From Phoronis australis (lineage: Eukaryota; Animalia; Phoronida), in NCBI GenBank assembly GCA_002633005.1, contig NMRA01000390.1:215171-279170 (forward strand): a stretch of 64,000 nt of DNA, read 5' to 3'. The position numbers and the translations under genes are program-made. This document shows, piece by piece, positions 1-12,664 of the stretch (the stretch's first letter is position 1; every line of letters begins with the position of its first letter). Below the pieces are notes generated by a model, which saw only the letters and a program-made list of their open reading frames with translations, did no database searches and was not told the DNA's origin.

Positions 1-156
1 CATTCAGTGTGGTACACTCAGCGCGGTACACTCACCGTGGCACACACAAATCTCGAGTTCTGTTTTAAAGCTTGTAAGACATAAATATCAGGCTTACCAA
101 TGAAAGCAAGTTAAACCATGATGTATGGGGCTTCAAACTTTGTTGAAGAGACATAC

Positions 157-268
157 CTGCTTCAGTTTGTCCCTTTCCTGCACAGCCGGAGGGGTTACTC
201 CACCCCTTCTCTTGTGTTCCTGCTCTTGCAGGAGTCGAGCAATTTCCATATCTTGATCTTGTTGAAGC
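157..268 (-). CDS. CCDC50: CCDC50-like gene, exon 9 in window (gene continues beyond left edge)
   Basis: Flanked by AG (269-270 rc) and GTATGT; translates (R)LQQDQDMEIARLLQEQEHKRRGGVTPPAVQERDKLKQ, an MIU-like D-x-E-I-A-R-L-L-Q motif; phase fits the preceding exon. Confidence 0.85.
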
Positions 269-337
269 CTAAACATTTACAGACAGATATTTAGCAAACA
301 TTACGGCTCTCTCTTATATTCAGCAAAGTAGTCTTAA

Positions 338-2423
338 AGGAGAATGCCGCCCAAAAATTAGATCGAGTAGTTCCACTTGAAAACAGCACGTACAGTTCTT
401 TTACCTGACACCGTACAGCAGACGAAGGTGTTGAATTTAACCAATGATGTCACAGGTTTGAACGCAGTCAGCTCACCAGTTCACAATATGCTTACTGGTG
501 TCAGCTTATTACTTGAATTCATCGTTACATACCAATAAATCATAAAATTTGATTAAAATCCTTACAAATACATCCAGTTGTTGAAAAAATGTGTTGTTTT
601 ATACACTGTTACGGATTTATAGGTACTATTTGAAAGCACCGTAGCCTACAGAGTTCAGTAGGCCAATTTACCAAGGTCGGTCGCGGGAGTTTGGGGTCTG
701 TTCAGTGATAAATTAGAATTATTCTTCGGTGAAATACAGACAGAAGAACATAGATGTGTGTTGTAATTCTAGACTTGCAATTTTTTCAGTTCTAAACACA
801 CAAAACACTTGTTATCCCGGCCAGTTGCTCACAACCTGATCAGACCCGTCGCGGATAGACTGAAGACATCACAAACCTCAACCAGCCAAAGTTGGAAACT
901 AAATTTCCAGTCACAAAAAAACTATACTTGTGAGCCTAAGAGATAATGAACGTGTGATTATTTTGGTGAATTAGCAGCGAAATTGCAAAATAAAATCTAC
1001 TTACTCGTTGGAGGCCGCGAAGTCTCAGAACCGTCACGGTAAAAGTTGTACAGTAACAATGATTTGAATAAATTAGTATATCAGTTCCCCTAACATCTGA
1101 CCATGGAATATAAAATCAAGCTATTGTTTCGCAACAGCTTTCTGTCAGCAAAAACTGAATTAGCATGCGCTCACACAACCTCAGTGCCCAGTGAATTAGT
1201 TTTATTGCATCTAAAGTTGGTAATGCAGTGATTTATTCATTGCTGGCTTCTCAAAACTTTTTCAGTCACCAACACTCCAAAGGCATTACAAATTGTATCT
1301 AATGAGACGGACTACTTCAGTTATATATTGGTTAAGGTGAGAACAATTCACCGTGAAACAGAACACCCAATGATAAACGTCAACGTGGCAACTCACAATC
1401 CCGAATTAGACGAGTGCTCATCTGATGAAGACTTCACAGGTCGATCGTTAGGTTTGACAGGCTATCAGTTCGAACCGGAATACACTGATCAAGAAATACC
1501 AGAGGTGCAGTGAACATGCACAGACAACAACACATATGGATAGTTCCGAAAACAGATTGAATGACTTGTCATGGTATCAGTGTGCTAACTAAATGGTTAT
1601 GGAAAGGACTGACGCGTTTGCTGCCACAAAATTCGCAAGTGAAACGCCTTGTTGGAGAAGCACAGATGTGTAAAACGGGCCATCTTGATTTTGCACCGAA
1701 TCTAAACAGAGGTATGCTTACAGCGTTTTTAGGGCTGGAAAAAAAGTATTGGCAAAACATCTTACACCCAGAGGATCAAACAGATGCCTGGCGAACGAGT
1801 AAGTCACCAAAAAGGTTAATATACAAAATAACATGTTCTCATGCCTTGAATTAATTATAATTGTTTATGTTTTCATGGCCAACTAAAGTCCTCCATAATC
1901 AAAAACTGATCAACAACTGATCCGTTTTTCTTTGTCTCCTGCCTGCCGAACGCAAACAAACTAAGCACAGCATCTGACTTCAGCCTCAGTCTCTTTTTCT
2001 ACCCTGTCATGAACCGTTTGGAAAGCCGGCATTCGTCAGTGAAATCATTGTCGACGAAATGCTGGCGAAAGACACGGAGATATTTCACGGTCTTATACTT
2101 GTTATTAACTTGGTATTAACGGCGTACTTATCATTCTTCGCTACCGTGAGCCACTTCCCAAGAATTATGTGCTCTCGAGGAAATCGAAAAAATGATATAC
2201 CTGCTTTCCTCACAGCTTCATAGTTCGTACAAACAGGAACGACCACACCATAGCGGCACTCACTCTGCCAAAGAACCAATGATGTCGCTGCATCGTTTCT
2301 TACCTTCCTCACAGGTTAACGCAACACCTCTCACCGAGGTAAGAGCGACCGTGTACGAGGTGATGTGGATATAGATGAATTAAGACGGTAAAAAAGACTA
2401 ATTAAATCAGGTGGCATTCTCCT
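338..2423. mobile_element. Non-autonomous Kolobok DNA transposon, copy 1 (KolX remnant on +, THAP transposase remnant on -)
   Basis: TTAA at 334-337 and 2424-2427; TIR AGGAGAATGCCGCC / GGTGGCATTCTCCT. Minus ~2265-1955 gives a decayed THAP (VVPVCTN..FFRFP..KW..LRV..HF..DF..RLKSDAV). Plus ~1370-1730 gives GYQFEPEY..RLNDLSWYQCAN*..CCHKI..HLDF, resembling KolX / P2X7 C-terminal-like Cys domain. Confidence 0.85.
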
Positions 2424-2934
2424 TTAATTACACCATGTCCCTGTAATAGTGCAGCATGCAATGATGCAAGTGATCACATAAACACACTTTTCTTTAGTGA
2501 ACTTAGTATAAACGCTGGAAATACAAAATACAATAGGTGAAATACAACAACACCATGTGAAAACAGTATGGTCGTACAAAAAGAGATATTACACTAAGCA
2601 GAAACCAATTAAACACTACTTGGTTTACATATACTGAAACAAACCTTGAAGAGCACCACATGACTGGGTCCAGCACTGTGAATTATTCAGTTGATGGCCA
2701 TATTGCTTTCAACACATAAAATGACAATCTCATACTTCTAATTAACAAACCTTAGTCATTCTCATTAAAACTCGATAATTATTTCTAATCCAAGAACAAG
2801 TTGAGACTCCTAAAGCAGAAAGTTAGTGTCTTTGTCACTGAAAATTGTCTATGATGGAGTAAAGTTTTTAATTCCATTAATGATAACTTAAGATTTTCAC
2901 AATGCGTGGACAGAAAACACTTGTGAAAGACCAC

Positions 2935-3040
2935 CTTAGTTCTTCATCCTTGTCCAGTGGTTCGGCTGGTTTGACGTAGAAGTCAGAGAAGTCACCAGTA
3001 TCTTCTATTGTTGGACTCACACTACCAGCATCAGCCTCAT
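2935..3040 (-). CDS. CCDC50: CCDC50-like exon 8
   Basis: AG/GT flanks; (D)EADAGSVSPTIEDTGDFSDFYVKPAEPLDKDEEL(R); phases match both neighbours. Confidence 0.8.
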
Positions 3041-3999
3041 CTGAAGTTAGGATAGAATTTACAATTTATGATACGGCTGTCACAAGTAGAAATAGACTCA
3101 TTGCATTGATGAGGAAAAGTGGTCATATGTCATTTTCAGGAAAGACACAAAAAATAGAATTATTTTAGTTTGAGAAGCCAGAAAAAGTAGATGTGAAACT
3201 CAAAATGCGCATAAGGACTATGTTATACATTTGACCCAGACGTGGAGCGACTGATCTAGATTGTACCCTTGGTTTCAGATAAGTTGCAATTCACTATCCT
3301 CACATATAACCTGGGATTGGATTGGCCTGATGCCAGTTATTTTAAATGCCCTCCACCAACACAACAGAAACCCATGAGAGTCTGGCCTCACAGCAAGGTA
3401 GTTCTTATCTCACTCTTCCATCATAACTCAGTACAAAATACTATATACGTTGTGATCAAAGCTGATGCTTCAATGCTTTGGTAGTGTCATTAACTATACT
3501 CATGACAAGTAGTCTAACTGGAAATCTCATTATCAAGTTGCCCACACCCCAACCAATGTCAACACAACTCACTCAATCACCTTGAGGTGTTTTGACCAAC
3601 AAGGACTCTCTATCTTTCTCTGCAAACGACATCAACATAACTCATTAATCCTTTTGTCAACTATAGCTCTTTCCAGACCTTTTTCTAGGAAGTGTCCAGG
3701 GCATACTTATGAACACCCCGACTTCAGTTGGTACGTCGTATTCAGTATTTGGACACCCAAGTGAAGTAAGCAAACAAACATGGTTGTCAGCAGCAGTCCT
3801 GGGAGCTCATTGGCCAACCCAGAACAAAAAATGGTTCCGAAATGATAAAAGATACAAAAAGCTTTAGTGCAGAGTGATGTCTTAATAGTAAGATACCACA
3901 GTTTGACTTGGGGGTCATAAAAACGCTGTTGTGTGTCACTGGTCACAGACAACCTGATAAATTGAGATTAACACATTTTTGGACGCCCTATTATTAAAA

Positions 4000-4235
4000 T
4001 CCTGGATGAATCCCTGGCTCCTCTCCATACTAATCCTGGATGTACCCCTGGCTCTTCTCCACCCAAATCCTATATGAACCCCTGGCAACTCTCCATCCTA
4101 ATCTTGGATGAACCCCTGGCTCCTCTCCATCCTAATCCTGGATGAACCTCAGGCTCATTTCCCTCTGAATCCTGGATGAACCCCTGGCTCCCATCCATAC
4201 ACCTCCTAGATGAACCCTTGACTCCCCTCCATCCC
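4000..4235. repeat. ~34-bp minisatellite, ~7 degenerate copies
   Basis: Unit TCCTGGATGAACCCCTGGCTCCTCTCCATCCTAA, starts at 4000 and 4034. Confidence 0.85.
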
Positions 4236-4264
4236 ACTCAACTAAGCGCATCAATTCCACAAAC

Positions 4265-4421
4265 CTGAGCCCCTCCTATGAGAAGGCATGTGAACACCAA
4301 GATCAGTGCTGTGCTGTGCGATAGCCTTCTCTATTTTACGACGTTCTTTCTTCAACTCCCATTCTCTTTTACGTTGTTCATACTTCGCTTCTTCCCTTCT
4401 TTGCAATTTTCTTGCAAGTTG
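4265..4421 (-). CDS. CCDC50: CCDC50-like exon 7
   Basis: AG/GT flanks; QLARKLQRREEAKYEQRKREWELKKERRKIEKAIAQHSTDLGVHMPSHRRGS; 157 nt, phase 0 to 1. Confidence 0.85.
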
Positions 4422-4689
4422 CTACAACACAAACATCAAGATATCAAAACAATGACACCTTCCTAATCTTCACCTACATATCGAGTGTAATTAATGCAAA
4501 TCGTTAAAGATCTGATTCTACAACAACTTTAAAATAAAGTCTGAACTTTTAAAGATGTTCAATTTTTATTTTAGTCGCAGCCATTACGCATTCAAAATAT
4601 CATAAGATTCGGAATCAATCCTTACTTGAATTTTCATGTCTCAAAAAAATTGACAAACTTCGATTTTGTGTGTGCACAAATAGGTGTAC

Positions 4690-4761
4690 CTCATCACTGA
4701 GTAGCTGGTCTTCACTTGTCTCTTCAGTTTTTAACCTGGCAGCTACTTGTCGTGCAATAAG
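4690..4761 (-). CDS. CCDC50: CCDC50-like exon 6
   Basis: 72 nt, phase 0-0, AG/GT flanks; LIARQVAARLKTEETSEDQLLSDE. Confidence 0.8.
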
Positions 4762-5307
4762 CTAAAACAATATGACAAAATGATGACAATTGACGAGATA
4801 GTATTCTATGAGCACTTCTATATTCATGACTTCACTGGCATATCTAACTAACATTGAAAGCAAGAGATACGGAATTGACTGAAGCAGTTTCAATTGGTGA
4901 TAGGAACTTATAAACAGCTCAGGTGAAAAATGGAAACAAAAAAGTACTAAATAATAAAAAGTACACCCGCTGACAACACTGGTAAGGTTTACACACTACT
5001 TAAGAGAATGGGATCTGCTAACATTAATTACTTGCATATTTTAATGACACATGCAACCCAAGTCACTTCCTAATCAATTAATTCTGTAACAAGATAGTAC
5101 TTAATTGTTTGTTAAAAGTACAGTAGTCTGGATAAGTCAACAGGTGTGTAGTGTGTCAGTTATGAAAAAAGGGAAAATTATTTTGTAGACTTTACATTTG
5201 TTGACAATCGATTGCTTCAAAATTAAAAAGATAAAAAACAGATGCACAGAACAAAAAGTTGAGCTTGACTGAGTGAGCATGTCATCTGGACTGACTGTGG
5301 TATCTAC

Positions 5308-5385
5308 CTCGTCCTGAGTGAGTCTACTCTTGAGAAGTTCCTGTTCTCGCTTCATTAAATATTCCTGATACTGGGAAGCTAGCTC
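5308..5385 (-). CDS. CCDC50: CCDC50-like exon 5
   Basis: 78 nt, phase 0-0, AG/GT flanks; ELASQYQEYLMKREQELLKSRLTQDE. Confidence 0.8.
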
Positions 5386-5504
5386 CTGCCGGAAATAATA
5401 GTATTGCGTGTGACTAACCACGTTAATGTCATGTCTGTACTCCACAGAATGGTGCACTGTCAACGTTAGTGTCATGTCTGTACTCCACAGAATGGTGCAC
5501 TGTC

Positions 5505-6660
5505 ACTGACATCTGGATCAGCATACACAAAGTTTATTGTATAGTTTGGTAGCAGCCTTTTATTAACACAAACTTTGTTGAAGACAGGACTGTACTTTTC
5601 ATTCGATAGCTTAATACAAACTCGCTCGCAGTCTCTAAACAATCTCCTACCTTCAGGTGTGCAACTATGTAGCACAAGACAAGTCATTCAAATTTTGACT
5701 GGCTACTGTAACCTAGCCCGACAGATACATTACTGGACATATGAGGAGGCAGGTGTGTTCTGAATGTGGTACTAACATTGAAACCCCTAAACACCTGGTA
5801 GAGTCTTGGTCAGCTTTTTATAGGCTAAGGAACAACCTACTAAGGCTCAACCAACCCACGTCTGACATCAGGCCACCTGCACTGCTTTTTTATTTAGCCA
5901 AACACCGAGACATAACAGACAAACAAATTAAAACACTAGGTATAATCCGAGCCCACATGCCTCGTCATCAGGCAATGAATGAAATGAACATATACAAAGC
6001 GATATAAAAAGTGAAATAAACAGTGATATAAATGGTGACAGCAGGTAGAGGGGCATACAAGCAGAAAGTGTGAAAGCAACACACGGTAGGAAGCCCACAA
6101 CCCTATCAAAACAGAGCCAGCGTGCGGTACACACCTGTGAACTGCTCAGGGTTTTCGTGACTGATCAATAGGGATTCCAAACTTAATAACCAATATGAGT
6201 CACTTTCAACATAGCAAATAATGGTATTGTCTACTATTTCTTGCCTAGTTATTTTCGGCCACGTTGGTGAAAAAATTATCTTGAATGGAGCCGCCTTTCA
6301 TGTGCATGGACAACCTTCCACACCATGTGTCCAATGTAATGCTTTTTACCAGAATGAGCACATACATAGACATTCGTCCACATGACATGTGAATAAACAA
6401 TATGACACTTGGCCACTGGTCGTAATCTTTTCCGACTGGGGTTCTTTTTTATGACAAGGTGATGTGACTTAATATTCGGATAATAAACATTCAGTCTATC
6501 ACCAGGTTTGACCACCTGAACGTTATCTCGTACGCTCTTCTTAAAGATGCTATGTCTCATTAAATTGTGAATATGCAAATGAAGAACTAGTTTACAAACA
6601 ATCCCAGGTATTCTGGTGTGACGGACACCATCCAAGAACCAGTTAGCATTACAATCTCGC
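5505..6660 (-). mobile_element. Penelope-like retroelement remnant (GIY-YIG end, 3' UTR/pLTR, then N-terminal ORF piece), interrupted by a LINE fragment
   Basis: ORF 6635-6276 has LNVYYPNIK.HHLVIKKNP..HIVY..C..HYIG..ERRLH (GIY-YIG-like); 5670-5510 has RRLFRDCER..KYSPVFNKVCVNKRLLPNYT..DP, typical of PLE ORF starts. Confidence 0.65.
5672..5930 (+). mobile_element. 5'-truncated 3' end of an RNase H-containing LINE, related to 30080-31850
   Basis: RQVIQILTGYCNLAR..GHMRRQVCSECGTNIETPKHL..RNNLL aligns with RQLIQVITGHCNLAR..GHMACSLCPNCGLQAETSQHL..RNLLL; both copies share CATCAGGCCACCTGCAC. Confidence 0.8.
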
Positions 6661-8694
6661 GATAGTCTCGTTTTGCTTGACTATTTTTAAGTAATTTTTT
6701 GGTAATATGGTAATTGTCATCGTTGCCTAATATAAAAAGGCACAGTTTTTGTTATTTGTTCATTTCCCTGTCAAATAACGATTACGTAATACTTGGAATT
6801 ACTGGGGTTCTCTATATGTTCACACTTGTTTTTAAGTGTATCAGTTGAGGTGTTTTCTTTAAAACTGCAATTTGTTTACAAACTGTTTCTTTTTCTGATT
6901 ATACTTGTACACAGTTCTCTAGGAAGTCACAAGGTGGCGCTTGCTACAAATTTAAATATTCACAGTTTTAATGAGACAAAGCTTCTTTAAGAACATGTTC
7001 GTCACTCGGATAATTATTAGTTCTTATAGTACATGTTCTTGGTGATGCTAGTACTAGGTTCAATGTCAACATGAGTCAATTCTAGATATGAAGGACCTGA
7101 CTTTGTTATCAACAAAAGAGCGAGTTTGTATTAAAAGCTGTCAAACAAAAAGTAGTCGTGTCTTCAACAAAGCTTAGTGTAAGAATAAAACTCATTACAG
7201 GTCAAGCAGTCACACTGGACACAGAGTCATGAATTACATTAACTTGCAGTCAGAAAGAATAACCAACACATTAATTGTCTCATTGTTACCAGATAAAACA
7301 ATACTTCTGACATTTGAGCACTTTATAAGACAGTCAACTTAATATAAGCTAATTGCCTTGTAAAAACTGATTGAAAAAGAAATACATAATTTTGAAAGAA
7401 GTTAGTGTGAACTTTTATTGGAGATTTGCAGACTTCATCACTGAAGGGCATAATAGGGTGCATTTTTCGAACTGAAATTCTTATAGGTCAAACATTTCAC
7501 AGTTTACAACATGTCCTCAATGCATGCAATTGTTTGAATTGAGATTTTTTATTATTAGAAATAATACCTCATAATAAGCAAAGTATTGACCACTTTCTTT
7601 TTTCAAGGATCATACAAAAGTTGCTGGATTGTAGAAATTGACTAAGGACTGCAGTCTAAACCATCCTAATGTTATAATATATGTTATTGAATGAGTGAAA
7701 CACATAAAGATTGTCAACCCCCACCCCCTCCCCATAGCGAAAGCAGCTTATCTAGACTGTCACAATAAGCAGAAGAGGGATAACGTGTCAGGGATAATTT
7801 TAAGGTGCACCCTAAGTCATTGGCATAAAAATAATTTCTTTGAGCTACTGGGAAAAAAAGTAACATGATGGAACACAGGTCTTGAAAGTTGTCCCATAGA
7901 ATTGAGGTTGTGTGGGTCAATTTACCCATACCCGTGTTTTTCTAAAATGATCCCTGAAGTGGAACACACACACCTACACACACACGCGTGCACGCTCCTT
8001 AATTACAAATGCAACATGGTGAATACAGTAATAATCAGTGAATATCAGAATACAAAGGTAACATTTAAATTCACTGCTTTGAACATACCAAAACATCATT
8101 TACTCCACTGCTTTAAAAATCAACCTATTGACGAGCTCTTATTTCATGTATTAGAATAAAATCATCAAGATCACAAAAATTTCAACAAATTTCAATGATA
8201 CATTGATGCATTCATTCCAAAACAGTGACAATATTAAGAGCAACCCAAAGCAATCCTTATTACTATCATGAAAATGGACACTAGGTGCTGCAGAATACGT
8301 TGAGCCTATTCAAATGTGATCAGGCATCGCGGTCTCCCTAACTTGCCTAGTAATTTCATGAAAATATGTCAAGAATCTCTAACGATACAGAGGCAAACAT
8401 AAGAAAATAAAATTGCCACAAGGTGGTACAGCTGCGGTAGTTGGCTCTACTCAAAGGAAGCAATCGTCTGTTGTCACGTTCAGAGTAACACACTTGCCAA
8501 ATTTCACCAAGATCCTACACGGGTTAGGATATACGGCTGTGTATGCAAAACATTGCCACCAGAGGGTGCTACAGTACTTGGACCAGTTTGAATATCAACA
8601 TCAGCCATAGTCTTCACAGCAGTACTTTATCTACTCATGTTTGTAAATATATTTTAAACGGTTTGACAGACAGAGAGATGAAAAAAACAAACAT

Positions 8695-8890
8695 GTGAGT
8701 GTAACATTGACCAACCTTGAGTAACACTGGCAAAGCATGAGTATGGTGATATTGACCAAGCTTGAGTAATATTGACCAAGCTTGAGCAATATTAACCAAG
8801 CTTGAGTAATATTGACCAACGTACTAAGTACTATTGACCAGCTCGTGTAATATTGATCAAGCTTGAATAACATTGGTTAATCTTGACAGC
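8695..8890. repeat. 20-bp minisatellite, ~9 degenerate copies
   Basis: Unit ATATTGACCAAGCTTGAGTA. Confidence 0.8.
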
Positions 8891-8933
8891 GAGGATTATT
8901 CATGCTTAGTAAACTTATTTGTATGATAGTTAC

Positions 8934-9036
8934 CTCATCATCTCGTTCTTTCTGTCTCTGCTTCAGCGCCTCCTCTTGGACAAGCCGTTTGTTTTCTTCT
9001 TCAAGTTGTTTGGCTATTTTCTCATCTTTCTCTGCT
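8934..9036 (-). CDS. CCDC50: CCDC50-like exon 4
   Basis: AG/GTAA flanks; AEKDEKIAKQLEEENKRLVQEEALKQRQKERDDE; 103 nt, phase 2 to 0. Confidence 0.88.
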
Positions 9037-10649
9037 CTACAAGAAAAAAATGCCTGGTTTAATTTGTATTGACTTGTTTGCTACTGAACTCATAATGAAT
9101 GGACAGTCAAAAGCCACAGGGAATATAGGAAATGGATAAACAACTAAGCTTGTTCGTTTAGTGAGGTCCAAGACATACAAAGTAAAATTAACATGGAAAA
9201 AGTATAGTTAAAACATTTATAGATAATTCAGCATGATGCAGCTACTCTCGGGCAATTTCATTTGTGACGGACGTTCAGTCAGAGAACATTTAAATCAATT
9301 GTGAAAAAAATTAACCTTTGAAAATAATTAATAAATCAATTGTCAGGTCTCATTGATAGCTGGCAAAGCATGCACATCAGCTTTTTTATCTATTTATCCG
9401 AATGAGAAAATTGCCTTTACAGGGGTGAGACGGACGAACGCAGAGAATTTGAATTTAAAAAAATTAAATATTACTTCTGTGGATTGCAAAGAGTTACAAT
9501 ATTTTGTTTTATATGATGATTTAATGGAATGCTTTTAAAGTACAACACACAATTTTGTGACCATATCTGCTAAGAAATGTTTGTCAGCCAACTCGATGTA
9601 AGTTGAGTACGTTTGACTGACATACGTGATGGACGGACGAATGTGAAGGATGTACACTCTGAATTTCTAGTATTAAATTGTTTCTTGTGGCTAAGATATC
9701 AATTCAAAATAATTCAAACTTATGTATCTAAGCTAGATTGGTCTTTTGCTACTGATTCAATGTTTTTTAATCAAAATACACAGATATAACTTTTGCACGA
9801 AATCATCACAGGTAGGCCTATGCTAGGAATGTACTCTTAGAGACTAGGATTTCAATTTTTCAACAGATCTGAATAAAAAATAAAACAGCCTCATAAAACC
9901 TGTGAGTTACTTCCCTTCGTAGATAGTAAACAATATTGACGGGAATGTGAACAGTTTGGATTGGAATGTGAGTGATAATTACCTTGTATTTGACACCAGC
10001 TGGTAATTAGAAAACTGTTTTTATACGTTAATAAAATGATGTTTTTATGCGTTAAGCAGATGTGGCTATCCTAAAAATGTGAAATGATTAAAACATTAAT
10101 AACCCTCATTAACAATTTTTATAATGTGATCAGACTGTCTAATTTGAACAAGTTGAATTCTACTTAGAATAACTAGATCAGGATGACACAGTAAAGTAGG
10201 CCTATAACATTTCAGAAAATACTTGAAAATGTCCGGTGCATCTAGTTTAAATCCATAGCGATTTTATAGCTGCCTTAGTTAGTAATATTTAATCATTTTA
10301 GGATTTTAGGCACAAAACAACTTTTATCTTCCGCAAGCTTGAAAAGTGAGAATAAGACCTACGGAGTTTTTCATTTGGTTGCAACATTGCAATTTCATGG
10401 GTGTGACAGACGGACGTGACAGATGCACAAATTTTCCATACGTCTGCCACACAATTTCTGACATAATGAAGAAACCCTGGTCTAAAACTTTAGTCAACAA
10501 TTTTGAGTAACAAGTTAAACGAGAACTTGAAATTATTCTAATTTTGATTGAAACTTTGGACATAACTAAACTTTTTAGTTCTTTTTGTGGTGGATGTACA
10601 GCACCATGATAACAAGGAGTTCGCCTTTGACCCCAGAAACATATACGCC

Positions 10650-11524
10650 ATTTTTCAAAACCATCCCTAGACTGATTTGGTTGATATGATAGAGGGGTGG
10701 ACACCAAAAACAAGATTTAAAAACAGCAAAAATGGCCACTAGGTGGCGCAAAATACCTTGATTTCATCCAAAAACAGGAAGATAGAGTTATCTCATCAAT
10801 AGATGTCTAATATTCAAAACTTTATGAAAATCTGTCAATGACCTTTGAAGATACAGACTGGTAAAGGTAAAAAACTAAAATTGCCACTAGGGGGCACACC
10901 AGTAGTCAGATCTGTCTGAATGTCGTCGTCCTCTGTTGTCAACATCATCATAATACACTTGCTAAATTAAATGAAGATCCTGCAAACGGTGTAGGAGATA
11001 GAGTCATGAGCGCAAGAAAACAAAACTGCCACTAGGAGGTGCCACAGTAGTCAAAGTCGTCGGAAAATCAGCGTCAGCCATCCACATCATAGGAAAAGCA
11101 TACATGCTAATTTTCATAATTATCCTCAAAGCGGTTTGGTTGATAGAGGGGTGGACTCAAAAAATTAGACTCGAAAACAGTAAAAATGGCCACTAAGTGG
11201 CGCAAACTATGTCGAATCCATCTGAAAACGAGAGGATAGGGTTATCTCACTAATAGGTGCCTACATACCAAATTTTATGAACATCCGTTCCGAACGTTTG
11301 AAGATACAGAGGTAAACATAAAAAAACTAAAATTGCCACTAGGGGGAACATCAGTAGTTGGATCCGTCCGAACGTTTGCTCATGCTGTCTCATCCACGGA
11401 AGAAACACGTGCAAAATTTCACGAACATACCTCAAGGCATTTTGGAGATAGAGCAGCGGATGCCAGACACCGGACGGAGATGACGGCATAATGCATCCAA
11501 ATATAAATATGTGGGCGATAAAAA
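10650..11524 (-). mobile_element. Helentron-associated non-autonomous element (HINE/DINE-1-like), copy A, with ~150-bp internal repeats
   Basis: Right end matches the rc of the TTTTTATGCGCCCACATATTTATATGTGGACGCA palindrome plus a short GGAC tract; internal units carry GCCACTAG(G)NGGC. Confidence 0.75.
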
Positions 11525-12317
11525 TTGTGTGAAACCAACAAGGCATTGCAGATAATGTAGGCCGTGAAGAGATCTATTTATATAAATAATTTGTAAAGAT
11601 TCAATACAAGGATCATGGAGCTAAAGCTTTGCAAATTTAATTTAAAAAATGGCCGCCACACAGCGCCATCTTGCAAGTCCTTGTGCTGTTTACTAAATGA
11701 TTAGGCACTGTAAGAAAATTTCATGTCTACCATATGAGAAATGTGACCCCTAGCACACATATGCTAGGGTAACAAAGTGCAGCTATGAATACATGCCAAC
11801 TAGTCAATAAAAGAGCAGCCATCTATTAAGCATTAAATCTCTAATATTGTGAGAACATAAATTGCTTTGAGAAATGGGTTCCGCAATACTGATAGCGCAA
11901 CAGAAATTTTATCGGCAGTTAAAGCGTACCATGAGCACGAGATCAAAACAGCAAAACACCAAAGTACCCATGAAATGAATGAATTTAAGTGAGGATTTAT
12001 TATTTTGCACAACTTACTGTGTTCGTGAACGCAAAGTGCCAGACGCAAGTCAGACTTGGTGCATTCGTTTTCAACAAACAACTCCCTCGGGATTAAAACT
12101 ACATTTTGTCTTCATTTTCCGCAATATCTTTGAAATCAATGCTATGTACACCTGGACTCAATAGCAGCTCCATGACTGAAAGGACTGCGGGTACGGAATT
12201 GTTCTATGCTTGGCAGATTCTATTTAATGAGTTAGAGCTTTGTAACCTCTGAACTTGGATAAGTAGTAAACCAATTTCCACGCGAATGAGGGCTGGGAAA
12301 TCTTTTTGATACTATAA

Positions 12318-12457
12318 CATGGGCAGCGCACCACAGTGAGGGGCTATAGCCCCACCACCTTTTTCAGTGCTGCACCGCACATGGCCTATGGGCGGTGCAC
12401 CAAAAGGGGGCTAGAGGGCTATAGCCCCCCACTTTTTTCAGTGCTGCGCCGCCTGTG
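12318..12457. mobile_element. Two tandem ~65-bp hAT-like mini-MITE units
   Basis: Duplicated ATGGGCRG(C/T)GCACCA..GGGCTATAGCCCC..TTTTTCAGTGCTGCRCCGC with self-complementary ends. Confidence 0.5.
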
Positions 12458-12664
12458 CATAAACAGACAATGTCAATTTTAAACTTAACTAGAAAATAAA
12501 GATAAAAGAGACATCCACAAAGATATCTAATAGTGCAAAAAATTACAAGTAAGGAACCCAATCCATGTTTATGTTTAACTTCACCAAAATAACAGAAAGT
12601 CAACACACGATGCTTCAGCCAATCACTATTTCAGTGATCAAAGCTGCCACCAGAGGACACTCAC

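Noticed and set aside
9262-10452. TIR element with GTGACGGACG subterminal repeats
   Set aside because: Termini are imperfect and no TSD was found; not supportable without other copies.
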